64,000 bases of DNA, from positions 1 through 64,000 of the forward strand of contig JBFXLE010000005.1 of assembly GCA_050173015.1 (NCBI GenBank). The letters run 5' to 3'. The position numbers were made by a program, and so were the translations under genes. Of this stretch, positions 51,901 through 60,726 are shown in pieces (position 1 is the stretch's first letter; every line of letters starts with the position of its first letter). This stretch comes from Calditrichaceae bacterium. Lineage in GTDB: Bacteria > Calditrichota > Calditrichia > Calditrichales > JBFXGD01. The notes under the pieces are model-generated. The model worked only from the letters and a program-made list of their open reading frames with translations, searched no databases and was not told the origin of the DNA.

Positions 51901-52366
51901 GCTGTTCTCATCTGATAATTTAAAGGAAAAGGATCTTTCTTTTATAAATGACTGGTCCCTGGATAAGGTTATCCGGCGGAATTATTTGAAATTAGGCGTC
52001 GGGCCTGCTCAAATAGCGGATGAGATCAATTTGATCCATATTCTTTTGAATGTAAATACGGACATCCTTTTTGATGACGAATCCCTGCTCCGGGCGCATA
52101 CCGAAGAATTATTCTCTGATTCGCATGTTCGCTCATTTAACAAACTCAATCTTTATCAGGGTATCTGGTATTTTCAGAAAGAATCGTTCGACAATCTGAT
52201 AAACTGGCTTTTTATTCTGTCAATCCTTGATATTTTCCGGCAAAATGAGCAGATAAAAACACCAATCCTTAATAAATTATTCAAGGCTGTGGAACGGATT
52301 GATCTTTTTAAGAATACCGCGGAAAAAAGCGGTTATGATCTTCATATCTTTCTGAAAATGTTATAA
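48902..52366 (+). CDS. Large GH13 alpha-amylase family protein
   Basis: DMVPNH, RFDAAM (nucleophile), LLAEAFW (acid/base), NNPDE; long N- and C-terminal extensions. Confidence 0.88.
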   Translation: MTDDKIPSFEFHISKKARNKYIIDQTLFSIKGRVIFANIAAARKFILNINKERDAGNALNASEINAMGLLDEIMHYVIETYRAEKNPSLFKKMENFLSDELGGEALDKLLRAFAEAFPSTDVYNGKMNAGEYLEGTTGDLSNRHVILEEIMVLWLDNRNPAYQPIYDLIDEKELTDTIYDKSFILLNTFFKNEPSFGPENLPLLDLLLQPSKKFPHSITAQLEYIRKKWSVLIPSFLSRILLGMDLIKEEQKPRFDADLFGHGPTEVTQFTGTEYEQEPERFSQDLHWMPRLVLMAKSTYVWLDQLSKQYQRNIYRLDQVPDEELDRLSQSGFTGLWLIGLWERSKASRRIKQISGNPEAVASAYSLYNYSIANDLGGDEAYQNLKDRAWKRGIRLASDMVPNHMGIDSEWLINHPSWFVQSHQPPFPGYNFSGQDLSDDPRVGIFIEDGYWNKTDASVVFKRLDRYTGDVRYVYHGNDGTSMPWNDTAQLNYLMPEVREAVIQTILHVARKFPIIRFDAAMTLAKKHYQRLWFPEPGSGGDIPSRAEQGLTKANFDRLFPIEFWREVVDRVQQEVPDTLLLAEAFWMMEGYFVRSLGMHRVYNSAFMNMLKKEENQKYRESIRNVLEFNPQILKRYVNFMNNPDEETAIAQFGKDDKYFGVCVLMCTMPGLPMFGHGQIEGYKEKYGMEYRRAYWDEQPDEWLVKRHQKEIFPLMKKRYLFSDVEEFLLYDFFTSEGRVNENVFAYSNRSGSESCLVLYNNKFEHASGWVKTSVGFKNAEDNIVQKTLGEGLNLTHDNQKFVIFRDQITGLEYLRSSKDLSENGLFVELGAFKYNVFLDFHEVTNTAQEPWAELNHYLRGRPVESVREALTEYRFGPVIQAFDEAINPGSLLWLSQGLNDQKMDKKVYKSYLEKTKQLLSSARPFINPDLAVKSDPKLSAGYYPSLLKLPNIAKHVKEGKRKAAKIESVLLDSFQPEKNRLSSGHRILLTLSFLNSLSGLFSSDNLKEKDLSFINDWSLDKVIRRNYLKLGVGPAQIADEINLIHILLNVNTDILFDDESLLRAHTEELFSDSHVRSFNKLNLYQGIWYFQKESFDNLINWLFILSILDIFRQNEQIKTPILNKLFKAVERIDLFKNTAEKSGYDLHIFLKML

Positions 52367-52371
52367 TTTTC

Positions 52372-52396
52372 CCCCGCCTGGCCGGGCGGGGTTTTT
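52372..52396 (+). terminator. Intrinsic terminator
   Basis: ccccgcc...ggcgggg hairpin followed by a T-run. Confidence 0.75.
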
Positions 52397-52500
52397 AACT
52401 TTCCATCCATATTCCATTCTCCGGAAATATCTGTAAAGATGATATACGTTTAAAAACCTAGTTACATACGAACAGGTTTTTAAATAACCGGGGAAAATTA

Positions 52501-54246
52501 ATGGCTATTTCGCATGAGCAACTTTTATTATCCATACCGGAACATCTCAGGCAGTTTGTTGTCGAACAGAATTATGACCGTTACACATCCCGGGATCAGG
52601 CGGTTTGGCGTTATATTATGCGCAGAAATTTAAGCTTCCTAAAAAAACATGCCCATCCCGCCTATTTTGACGGACTAAAAAAAACCGGAATCAGCGCTGA
52701 CAGAATCCCTGATATCGGTGAAATGAATGACGCGCTCAGCAAAATTGGATGGCGAGCGGTTGTTGTTGACGGATTTATACCACCGGCCGCTTTTATGGAA
52801 TTTCAGATGCACAAAATTTTGGTTATATCCGCTGAAATAAGAACGATCCAGCACATTCTGTATACCCCGGCTCCTGATATTGTACACGAAGCCGCCGGTC
52901 ACGCTCCCATTATCGCCGATGAGCAGTACAGCCGTTTTCTGCAAAAAGTCGGCGAATACGGCTCTAAAGCCTTTTCATCCAAACTGGATTATGAGATTTA
53001 TGAAGCCATACGGTATTTATCAATTATAAAGGAGTATCCCGACGCCTCCGAGGAGGATCTGGTAAGGGCAGAAAAGGAATTAAGTAAAAAGATCGCCGCC
53101 AACACCGCGCCATCGGAGGCCACCCTTCTTTCCAGACTGCACTGGTGGACCGTTGAATATGGATTGATCGGAACGGCTGATGACTTTAAAATTTATGGCG
53201 CGGGACTGCTTTCCTCAGTTGGTGAAAGCAAAAACTGTCTCAATCCGATTGTAAAAAAATTACCTCTCGCCATCAATACCGTCAACTATAATTATGATAT
53301 AACTAAGGAACAGCCGCAGCTGTTTATTGCCCATAATTGGACGCATTTAAATCAGGTTCTTGAGGAATTCGCGGATTCCATGTGCTTCAGGACGGCATCT
53401 GTCGAGTGTATTAACACAGCGATTGACTCAAAGAACGTGGCCACGGTAGAGTTGTCATCAGGTATTCAGGTCTCGGGTAAATTTAACAAAGTCATCACCA
53501 ATTCGGAAAATCAGGCAGTATATATCGAAACAATTGGAAAAACAGCATTCTCCTTTAAGAATGTTGAAATTGAAAACCAGGGTATTGATCATCATCCCGA
53601 TGGCGCGGGATTTCCGGTTGGGAAACTCATAAATACCGGAATACCGCTTGAAGACTTCGCTGATTCAGAATTGCAAAAACTTGCTCAGGATGACCAACGG
53701 ATCAGACTACCCTATGAATCGGGCATGGTAGTTACCGGCAAACTCAAACAGACCATTCGTAAAAACGGTAAAATTATTCTTCTGCGCTTTACCGATTTTC
53801 ACATAAGCAGCCCCGGCGAGGAGAGCTTAAGTCCTCATCAATCCGCTCACTATGATATGGCGGTTGGCGAAAGGATTGTTTCTGTTTTCTCAGGATCCGC
53901 CGATAAAACCCGTTTTAACGTAATGCCGCCAAAATCGGAGAAAAAAGCCATTCCCATTGAATATTCTGATGAAGAATTGCAATTATTTGAGTGGTACCAA
54001 ATAGTAAGACAGATGAGAGAGTCAAATAAATTCGACTATGGTGTCTTAAAGTCTATATTTTATAAAATTGCCGAAAATTATACGCTGGAATGGCTTTTGC
54101 CGCTTGAAATTTATGAATTATTGCAGCTAAACCGGATTAAAAAGGATGTTTTTGTTCTCGGAATTTATTCTCATCTGAATGAATTAAAAAAATTCAGCAC
54201 CGAATATGAAATGATAATTTCTGCCGGAATGGATTTGTTGGAGTGA
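52501..54246 (+). CDS. phhA: Biopterin-dependent aromatic amino-acid hydroxylase, long form
   Basis: YTPAPDIVHEAAGHAP, LHWWTVEYGL, IYGAGLLSS.GE, YDITKEQP. Confidence 0.88.
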   Translation: MAISHEQLLLSIPEHLRQFVVEQNYDRYTSRDQAVWRYIMRRNLSFLKKHAHPAYFDGLKKTGISADRIPDIGEMNDALSKIGWRAVVVDGFIPPAAFMEFQMHKILVISAEIRTIQHILYTPAPDIVHEAAGHAPIIADEQYSRFLQKVGEYGSKAFSSKLDYEIYEAIRYLSIIKEYPDASEEDLVRAEKELSKKIAANTAPSEATLLSRLHWWTVEYGLIGTADDFKIYGAGLLSSVGESKNCLNPIVKKLPLAINTVNYNYDITKEQPQLFIAHNWTHLNQVLEEFADSMCFRTASVECINTAIDSKNVATVELSSGIQVSGKFNKVITNSENQAVYIETIGKTAFSFKNVEIENQGIDHHPDGAGFPVGKLINTGIPLEDFADSELQKLAQDDQRIRLPYESGMVVTGKLKQTIRKNGKIILLRFTDFHISSPGEESLSPHQSAHYDMAVGERIVSVFSGSADKTRFNVMPPKSEKKAIPIEYSDEELQLFEWYQIVRQMRESNKFDYGVLKSIFYKIAENYTLEWLLPLEIYELLQLNRIKKDVFVLGIYSHLNELKKFSTEYEMIISAGMDLLE

Positions 54247-54247
54247 G

Positions 54248-54991
54248 TTATTTTTGCAGAATGGGTGTCACCTGATAGGTAAAAATATTATCTACCTTAT
54301 CGAGCTTACGAATGTCAGCCCTGATCGCTTCGGCTGTGGTCTGATATTCAATCGGATAATTGGGGTATATTGGGGAGTTATCTGATTTTCGGGGCGCGAC
54401 ACTTTGCGATAATTCAATTAAAAAAAGAGATTGATAAAAATATGTCCTCGCATTCGCGAACTCACCCAGCTGCATTTGGCACAAACCCTTAATATGAGTA
54501 TAAAGCGCGGAGGATCCATTTTGCGCGATGGCCAGATTGATACACTCCATTGCTCTTAGGAAGTCTTTTTGTTCATACAACACTACTGCCGCGAGATAAT
54601 TCAGGTATTCATCCTCCGGATATTTCGAATATGTTCCTATGATATATTCATTATATCTTTCTCGGTAGGCTTCCCAGGCGAACTGGCTGTTAATTTCAAA
54701 TATCTTTTGAATCAATTCCGGGGTAATTTCTTTATATTCTTTTTCAAGCTGCTGATATATGGCGAAGGTTCGTTCAAAAGTAAAGGGCTCATCATCAAGA
54801 ATATCAGGAGCATAGGAAGGGGGACGATTTGCAAGGCGTTCGATTTCTTCTTCATTGTTCTTCATGAAGACTTCGTTACCGATATCAAAAACTTCATTAA
54901 TCGAGGCCAGCGTGAACTCACGGGTAAAGTTCCGCTCTTTAAAAACCTTATAAATTTCCTGAATGGTTTCTTTTATGTCTGGCCTGTTCAT
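54248..54991 (-). CDS. TPR-containing protein
   Basis: TPR-like helices (AMECINLAI...YTHIKGLCQMQLGEF..A); ATGA overlap with the upstream GH13 gene. Confidence 0.75.
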   Translation of the reverse strand: MNRPDIKETIQEIYKVFKERNFTREFTLASINEVFDIGNEVFMKNNEEEIERLANRPPSYAPDILDDEPFTFERTFAIYQQLEKEYKEITPELIQKIFEINSQFAWEAYRERYNEYIIGTYSKYPEDEYLNYLAAVVLYEQKDFLRAMECINLAIAQNGSSALYTHIKGLCQMQLGEFANARTYFYQSLFLIELSQSVAPRKSDNSPIYPNYPIEYQTTAEAIRADIRKLDKVDNIFTYQVTPILQK

Positions 54992-57705
54992 TGTAAATCA
55001 CCTTTTTTGTATAATATAATACTCTCAGGTTCAAGCCAAAGTTTCTTATTAAATATTTCTGCTCTTCTGTCTATAGGATATATTATCGAACAGTTTTCGG
55101 GAATGTTTACCATTTGAGCGTTTTTTGAAAAATTCAGGGCAGCATAAACCGTGTCATTCATCATATAGCGCCGGAATCGCCAAATCATTTTCTCTTCATC
55201 AACACGCGTTGTTTCCATTTTTCCGGATGTTAACGCGGCGTTGCTTTTTCTTAAATTAATAAGCGAGATATAAAAATCAAGCCATTTTGAATTTTTTAAT
55301 CCCGGATATTCCGGCCGCGTTTCTCTTAGCCCTAATTCCTGCCCATAATAAATTAGCGGAGTTCCCGGGACGGTGAACAGCAAAGCAGCCATCATTTTTG
55401 TTCTTCTCTCGCCATATTTGTTCAAAAAGCGATCCAGATCGTGATTCTCTATATATCTCAAGCTTTTTGCGGTCTCCGGATAATTGGTTTCCGCTTTTTT
55501 CAATCCATAATCGAGTGCTGAAACCGGTTTTCTCTTATTCATAACATCCAATATATTGCCATAAAAATCTGTGTCGTACGACATATCAAATTCATTAAAA
55601 TGATAGGCCTGTTGTCTCGGTAAAACTTCATCAATCAAAAGACATTCCGGATTTATTTTTTTTATTTCCCTGCGGAAATCTTTCCAGAAATCATGCGGTA
55701 CCGCCCAGGCAACATCACAACGGAATCCATCCACACCCAGGCCTGCCCAGAACCGCGCCACATCCAGCATGAAATGGCGTACCTGCGGATTATTATAATT
55801 CAGATTTACTAGGGTATCCCAGTCATTATGATAACCCCAGCTGCCGTCATCATTCCAGTAAAACCAACTTCTTAAAGGCGATTGACTGTTCGCGGCGGCA
55901 GCCCTTACAAATCGGTGCTGATCCGACAGATGGTTTGCAACGAAATCAAAGATCACTTTCATCCCCAGGCCATGCGCGGATTGAATTAATTCCCTGTACT
56001 CTTTTAAGGAGCCGTAATCCTTTTCCGTGTCGAACAGTTTTGCGGGTGCGTATCCATGATCGGTCGGACCGTCATATACGGGCATTAACCATATCGTATT
56101 GACACCCAGCGATTTGAGACCGGGGAGCTGTGATTTTAGAGATTCAAAAGTCCCTGATTCTGTATATTTTCTGAGATATATCTCATAAATGATCGCCGTG
56201 TCGGCCCAGGCCGGTGACGAGCTGAAATCACTGACAATGGTCTCGCCGAAATGATTGATCAGAAGCGTGGCAGGCTCGGAAAAAATACCGTTTTTTTCAA
56301 CAACCGCATAATAAAAGTAATTACCCTCTTTTCGGGATTGGTTAAACAGCAAACGGTTCTGTCTGGCGCTTATTCCGGACTCCGGATTGTTAATATCTTC
56401 GTACCAGTGAATTTTTTCACCGTCCGCGGATTTCATGTTTAACGGAATGCTTACTGTTTCTTTTTGTTTTTCCATCTTTGATGGTTCAAAGGCCAGCATG
56501 GGGCGTTCAGCCTCCACCCGAATTATCGAATTAAATCCATTCCAGCCGTCTCCAATCCTTTCCGGATTAATCGGATCCGCTATCCAGTCTTGTCCGTTAA
56601 GAACAAATTTATATTCATACTGTCCGGGGATAAGATGAATTTCTGTGTTCCAGGATTTTATCCTGTCATCATAATGCATCGGATTGCTTGTATTTTGCCA
56701 CTGATTAAACTCCCCCACAAGGGAAACACTTTGAATGCTTATCGCCGCGTCATTTGATTGATAATTAAACTTTGTTTTGCTGAGTTTATGCGGCAAAACA
56801 ACGATATCACCCAAATCACTTGATGCTGCTTTCATCGAATCGGTCACCGTGAGTCTTAACAGATACCGGCCGGCCGCCGCGGGAATAAACAGGGGAAACG
56901 GGGTGTCCGGGTTTTCTAACGAATATCTCCCCGGCGCTCTGACAACAGACCATTCAAATTTCACCGGAGAATCGAAATCAGGGTCGAATGAGTTGCCGCC
57001 GTTTAATACCAAAGGCTGGTTTATATGGGTAAATTGAGTATAACCAGCCTCTGCCACAGGAGGCTGGTTATTATAATTTATAAACCAAATTCCTTTTTGA
57101 GATACGATTTCGACGGTGTCATCTTTGATGATACGATAACTCCATTGATGTTCACCTTCGGATAAGGGTGGGAAAAGACCGGCAAGTTGACTATCACATC
57201 TGTCTAATTTATGCTTTAAACCGTCTATTTTGAATTCAAACCCAATCTCAGAATCGGTGATGGAATGGTCAAAAATGATTCTCAGGCTGTCGGGTTGTTT
57301 ATAAAGCCAGTTGCCGGTTTCCGGGATAATATTTACTAAAATAGATTCTACTCCCGCGCTTAGATTCAACACAGAGTTTGAATAAGCTCCCTCATATTCC
57401 TTATTTTCCGGATCCCTCAGCCACCTTTTTCCGTTCATTACATACCTGTAGAGATAACGGCCCGGTTTTAGATGCAGTCGGGCTTCCCAGACACTATCGC
57501 CGTCGCTATCTCTGAGATAATGAATATTTGAGCGCCATTCATTAAAGTCACCCGCTAACGCGAGCGTTTTAATGTCTAATTTCTGCTGACGGTTATCAAA
57601 CCTGAAAACTTGGCTCACGATTTGTTTTTCCGTCTCCGTCTTTAAGACAAAATAAAAAACCAGCGCGATAAGTATAATAAGTGACCGGTTAATCCATTTT
57701 AGCAT
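54988..57705 (-). CDS. Membrane-anchored/exported GH13 with two CBM48-like modules and an Ig/PKD-like domain
   Basis: AGDFNEW and VGEFNQW...YEYKFV..DP.N modules, NQPPVAEAG..S.DPD, DFVANH, GFRCDVA, YIENHD. Confidence 0.9.
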   Translation of the reverse strand: MLKWINRSLIILIALVFYFVLKTETEKQIVSQVFRFDNRQQKLDIKTLALAGDFNEWRSNIHYLRDSDGDSVWEARLHLKPGRYLYRYVMNGKRWLRDPENKEYEGAYSNSVLNLSAGVESILVNIIPETGNWLYKQPDSLRIIFDHSITDSEIGFEFKIDGLKHKLDRCDSQLAGLFPPLSEGEHQWSYRIIKDDTVEIVSQKGIWFINYNNQPPVAEAGYTQFTHINQPLVLNGGNSFDPDFDSPVKFEWSVVRAPGRYSLENPDTPFPLFIPAAAGRYLLRLTVTDSMKAASSDLGDIVVLPHKLSKTKFNYQSNDAAISIQSVSLVGEFNQWQNTSNPMHYDDRIKSWNTEIHLIPGQYEYKFVLNGQDWIADPINPERIGDGWNGFNSIIRVEAERPMLAFEPSKMEKQKETVSIPLNMKSADGEKIHWYEDINNPESGISARQNRLLFNQSRKEGNYFYYAVVEKNGIFSEPATLLINHFGETIVSDFSSSPAWADTAIIYEIYLRKYTESGTFESLKSQLPGLKSLGVNTIWLMPVYDGPTDHGYAPAKLFDTEKDYGSLKEYRELIQSAHGLGMKVIFDFVANHLSDQHRFVRAAAANSQSPLRSWFYWNDDGSWGYHNDWDTLVNLNYNNPQVRHFMLDVARFWAGLGVDGFRCDVAWAVPHDFWKDFRREIKKINPECLLIDEVLPRQQAYHFNEFDMSYDTDFYGNILDVMNKRKPVSALDYGLKKAETNYPETAKSLRYIENHDLDRFLNKYGERRTKMMAALLFTVPGTPLIYYGQELGLRETRPEYPGLKNSKWLDFYISLINLRKSNAALTSGKMETTRVDEEKMIWRFRRYMMNDTVYAALNFSKNAQMVNIPENCSIIYPIDRRAEIFNKKLWLEPESIILYKKGDLQ

Positions 57706-58023
57706 GTGAATATCCTGTTTATTTAGAAGTTTTCTTGAAAATTATACAATCCTGTGTTAAAATCAAGAAGATTGATCACGACAAATATAGCGGGAAATGA
57801 TTTCTTTTTAAAAAAAACAGGCTTCTTTATTAAAAATCCTTTAAATTATCCAAAAATTTCACGGTTGACTATAAATTATGAATGATCTGTCCCGATGAGA
57901 TACATGCTGTTTATCGGAATGCTTAAAAACATATTTATAAATTGAAATAAAAAAAAGAAAGAGACGATATTACCGGAAAATAGATATTTTTACAGACATT
58001 TCTCAAAATCAATACGGAGGTTT

Positions 58024-58662
58024 TTGATGAAGAAGATAATTACGTTCGCCGGTTTGTTTTTTATGTTGTTATCCACCACATACGCGCAACACCCGTTTAC
58101 TGAGTTTAAAATTGGTTTCCTCGATCCGTCCGGGGCCAGCACCGGCTTTTACGGCGGTGTGAATTTTGGCCGCGCTGTTGATGAAAATGTAGGCGTAAGT
58201 TTAGGGCTTGATATATATCGCCGCAGCTATACAGAAGAGACTGTAATTAAAAATGTTGAAGTCGGGGAAGGCGTATTTCAGGACGTCGCCAGATCTATTG
58301 ATCAAAGTATTACCATGATCCCGGTCTTTCTGCAATTTCATTATACCGGCAATCTTTCACCGGTTTTTAATCTTCGAGTCACCGGCGGATTCGGTTATGA
58401 GCTTTTATGGAATGGTGTAACTAACTATGAAACCAAGGAAGATGACACCGAATTTTACGGCGGATGGGGATGGCATCTGGACGCGGGCATCAGCTATCCT
58501 CTCAGCAGGGCCTCTGATCTCTATGGAGAAGTAACCTATACCGGCGGAAGCCCTTCCAGGGATGCCGGCGAAACAGCCGACGGGCTGCCGGTAAGATCCG
58601 AAATCGATATGAGCGGATTCGGGGCGCGAATTGGTATCCGGTTGTATGGACTCGGATTTTAA
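58024..58662 (+). CDS. Outer-membrane beta-barrel protein
   Basis: Signal peptide, alternating beta-strand pattern, C-terminal Phe. Confidence 0.75.
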   Translation: MMKKIITFAGLFFMLLSTTYAQHPFTEFKIGFLDPSGASTGFYGGVNFGRAVDENVGVSLGLDIYRRSYTEETVIKNVEVGEGVFQDVARSIDQSITMIPVFLQFHYTGNLSPVFNLRVTGGFGYELLWNGVTNYETKEDDTEFYGGWGWHLDAGISYPLSRASDLYGEVTYTGGSPSRDAGETADGLPVRSEIDMSGFGARIGIRLYGLGF

Positions 58663-58744
58663 AGATAAAGGAAATCATTTTATCGCGGTTATTTTATATG
58701 AACAAATGATTCAACCAGCCCCATTTTAACAAGAGGAATTTGTT

Positions 58745-59971
58745 TTGCTTAATTTTAGACGATTCATAATATTGCTGCTCCTTCCTGTGATTGGCTGTAT
58801 GCATGCTCCGAGACATGAAGCCGAACCTGAAGTGCCAAGAATAAGAGCTTTGCTAAAAGAAGTTTCCGGTTTGGATTCTGTTGTCTTTAACGGAGCATAC
58901 TATCTCAATTCAGAAGAAGCCAGTTATGAATTTGGTTCAAAGAATAACCGCATTTACTTAAAACCGCTTGATGATGGATTTAAGCTATTTAATGAAAACA
59001 GGGTTTTTCTATTCAGAGAGAAGGACCTAGTTTCGTTTGTTTCAGAGAACGCGGAGGCCAATTTTAAGCTTGGGGGCCGAACCTATTCGGGAAACTTGAT
59101 TATGGTCTTCACCCCGGAAAAGAAGATTATGATCATAAACCGCGTAGATCTTGAAACATATCTCACGGGTGTCGTTCCTTTTGAAATTGCCACTCACAAG
59201 GATGTATTGCTCGATGCTGTCAAAGCCCAGTCTATTTGCGCGCGGACCTATGCCATTACAAAGATGAAAGAGCGCGAGGATATCCAATTTGATGTGTATG
59301 CCGATACACGCGACCAGGTTTATGGGGGGCTCGGTAAACAGTCCGAATTATCCAATCGGGGGATCAGTCAGACTAAGGGTGTGGTTCTGATGTCCGGAGA
59401 AAAGATGGCTACTGTTTACTACCACTCCACCTGCGGGGGAATGACGGAATCGGCCGGTGAGGTTTGGCCCGGCGTGAATAAAGAATATCTGGCGAATCGG
59501 CAGGATGCTCTCGGAGATCATTTTGCATGTGAAACTTCGCCGCTGTTCAGGTGGACAGAAGCGAGAACACTTGATCAAATTGATACACTTTTTGCCCGTT
59601 ATTTTAACAAACCGTTTCTCAATCCGATAGTCACTGATACCACTGATATATCCTTTAAAGCGGTTATCTCCAAACGAACTCCCGGCTCCAGAGTTTCGGA
59701 ACTTCAAATCAGTTATGCCGATACAACTTTTACGCTCAAAGGATATGAAATAAGACGATTTTTTGCCTGGCCTCCCGGAGGATATCTGCAAAGTAATCTG
59801 TTCCGGCTCGCGTCGGCCAACGATTCAACACTATTGATTGAAGGCGGCGGAAGCGGGCATGGAGTCGGCATGTGTCAATGGGGAGCCATGAACATGTCTG
59901 AAAACGGATTTAAATATTATCATATTCTGAGCAAATATTTTCCCGGGACCATACTTAAGAAGGTTTATTGA
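58745..59971 (+). CDS. SpoIID/LytB domain lipoprotein (lytic transglycosylase-like)
   Basis: LETYLTGVVPFE, KAQSICARTYA, DQVYGG, YHSTCGG, GHGVGMCQWGA, IL.KYFPG. Confidence 0.92.
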   Translation: MLNFRRFIILLLLPVIGCMHAPRHEAEPEVPRIRALLKEVSGLDSVVFNGAYYLNSEEASYEFGSKNNRIYLKPLDDGFKLFNENRVFLFREKDLVSFVSENAEANFKLGGRTYSGNLIMVFTPEKKIMIINRVDLETYLTGVVPFEIATHKDVLLDAVKAQSICARTYAITKMKEREDIQFDVYADTRDQVYGGLGKQSELSNRGISQTKGVVLMSGEKMATVYYHSTCGGMTESAGEVWPGVNKEYLANRQDALGDHFACETSPLFRWTEARTLDQIDTLFARYFNKPFLNPIVTDTTDISFKAVISKRTPGSRVSELQISYADTTFTLKGYEIRRFFAWPPGGYLQSNLFRLASANDSTLLIEGGGSGHGVGMCQWGAMNMSENGFKYYHILSKYFPGTILKKVY

Positions 59972-60726
59972 TGAATCTGAAAACTTTTATTATTGTGTTG
60001 ACACTCATGCTATTAATTTTTTCCTGCCAGCCAAGGGAACTTATCCGGAAAGACCGACCGGCTGCCGAGGCGGATAGCGTTCTCTTTTATCAGCAAAAGC
60101 CTGTCGCAGATCCGTTTTTACTTTCATTAAACACAACAAATGACAATGAGGTCGTTCTTTCAAAACGACTGATTCCGCCCCCGCCCGAAATACCAAAATT
60201 TAAACAAATTGATGGTTATCGCGTGCAGGTCTTCGCCGGGTCAGATTCCCTAAGCGCGTCCGCGATAAAATATACTGTTAATGCCTTAAGCCCTGATTCC
60301 GTTTATTTAATACAGGATATGGGATTAATTAAAGTTCAGGCCGGTGATTTTCTCTATTATCCCGAGGCCGACAAACTCAATCAACTACTTAGAAAAAACG
60401 GATTCGCAAGCGCGTGGATTACTCAGACATTAATTAATATGCCCGTCCCGCCAGACAGCCCGGCGATAATGCCTGAAGAAACAAATAAACCGGCAAAAGA
60501 TTTAAACCGGAAATTTAAAATACAGGTATTGGCCACATCAGATGAATTTAAGGCCAAGAAGATTTCGACCGATCTTTCAATAAAATTCAACCGGGAATCT
60601 TTTTACGAAAAAACCGGGACGCTGTTTAAAGTGTTCGTCGGTGGATTTTCATCTCGCGCGGATGCCGAAGCCGTTCTTACAAAAATTCGCGGAAACGGTT
60701 ATCCGGATGCCTGGATTGCTCAGTAA
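59968..60726 (+). CDS. SPOR-domain lipoprotein (two SPOR-like domains)
   Basis: Lipobox IFSC, GYRVQVFAG, FKVFVGGF.SR..AE...GYPDAWI. Confidence 0.85.
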   Translation: MMNLKTFIIVLTLMLLIFSCQPRELIRKDRPAAEADSVLFYQQKPVADPFLLSLNTTNDNEVVLSKRLIPPPPEIPKFKQIDGYRVQVFAGSDSLSASAIKYTVNALSPDSVYLIQDMGLIKVQAGDFLYYPEADKLNQLLRKNGFASAWITQTLINMPVPPDSPAIMPEETNKPAKDLNRKFKIQVLATSDEFKAKKISTDLSIKFNRESFYEKTGTLFKVFVGGFSSRADAEAVLTKIRGNGYPDAWIAQ

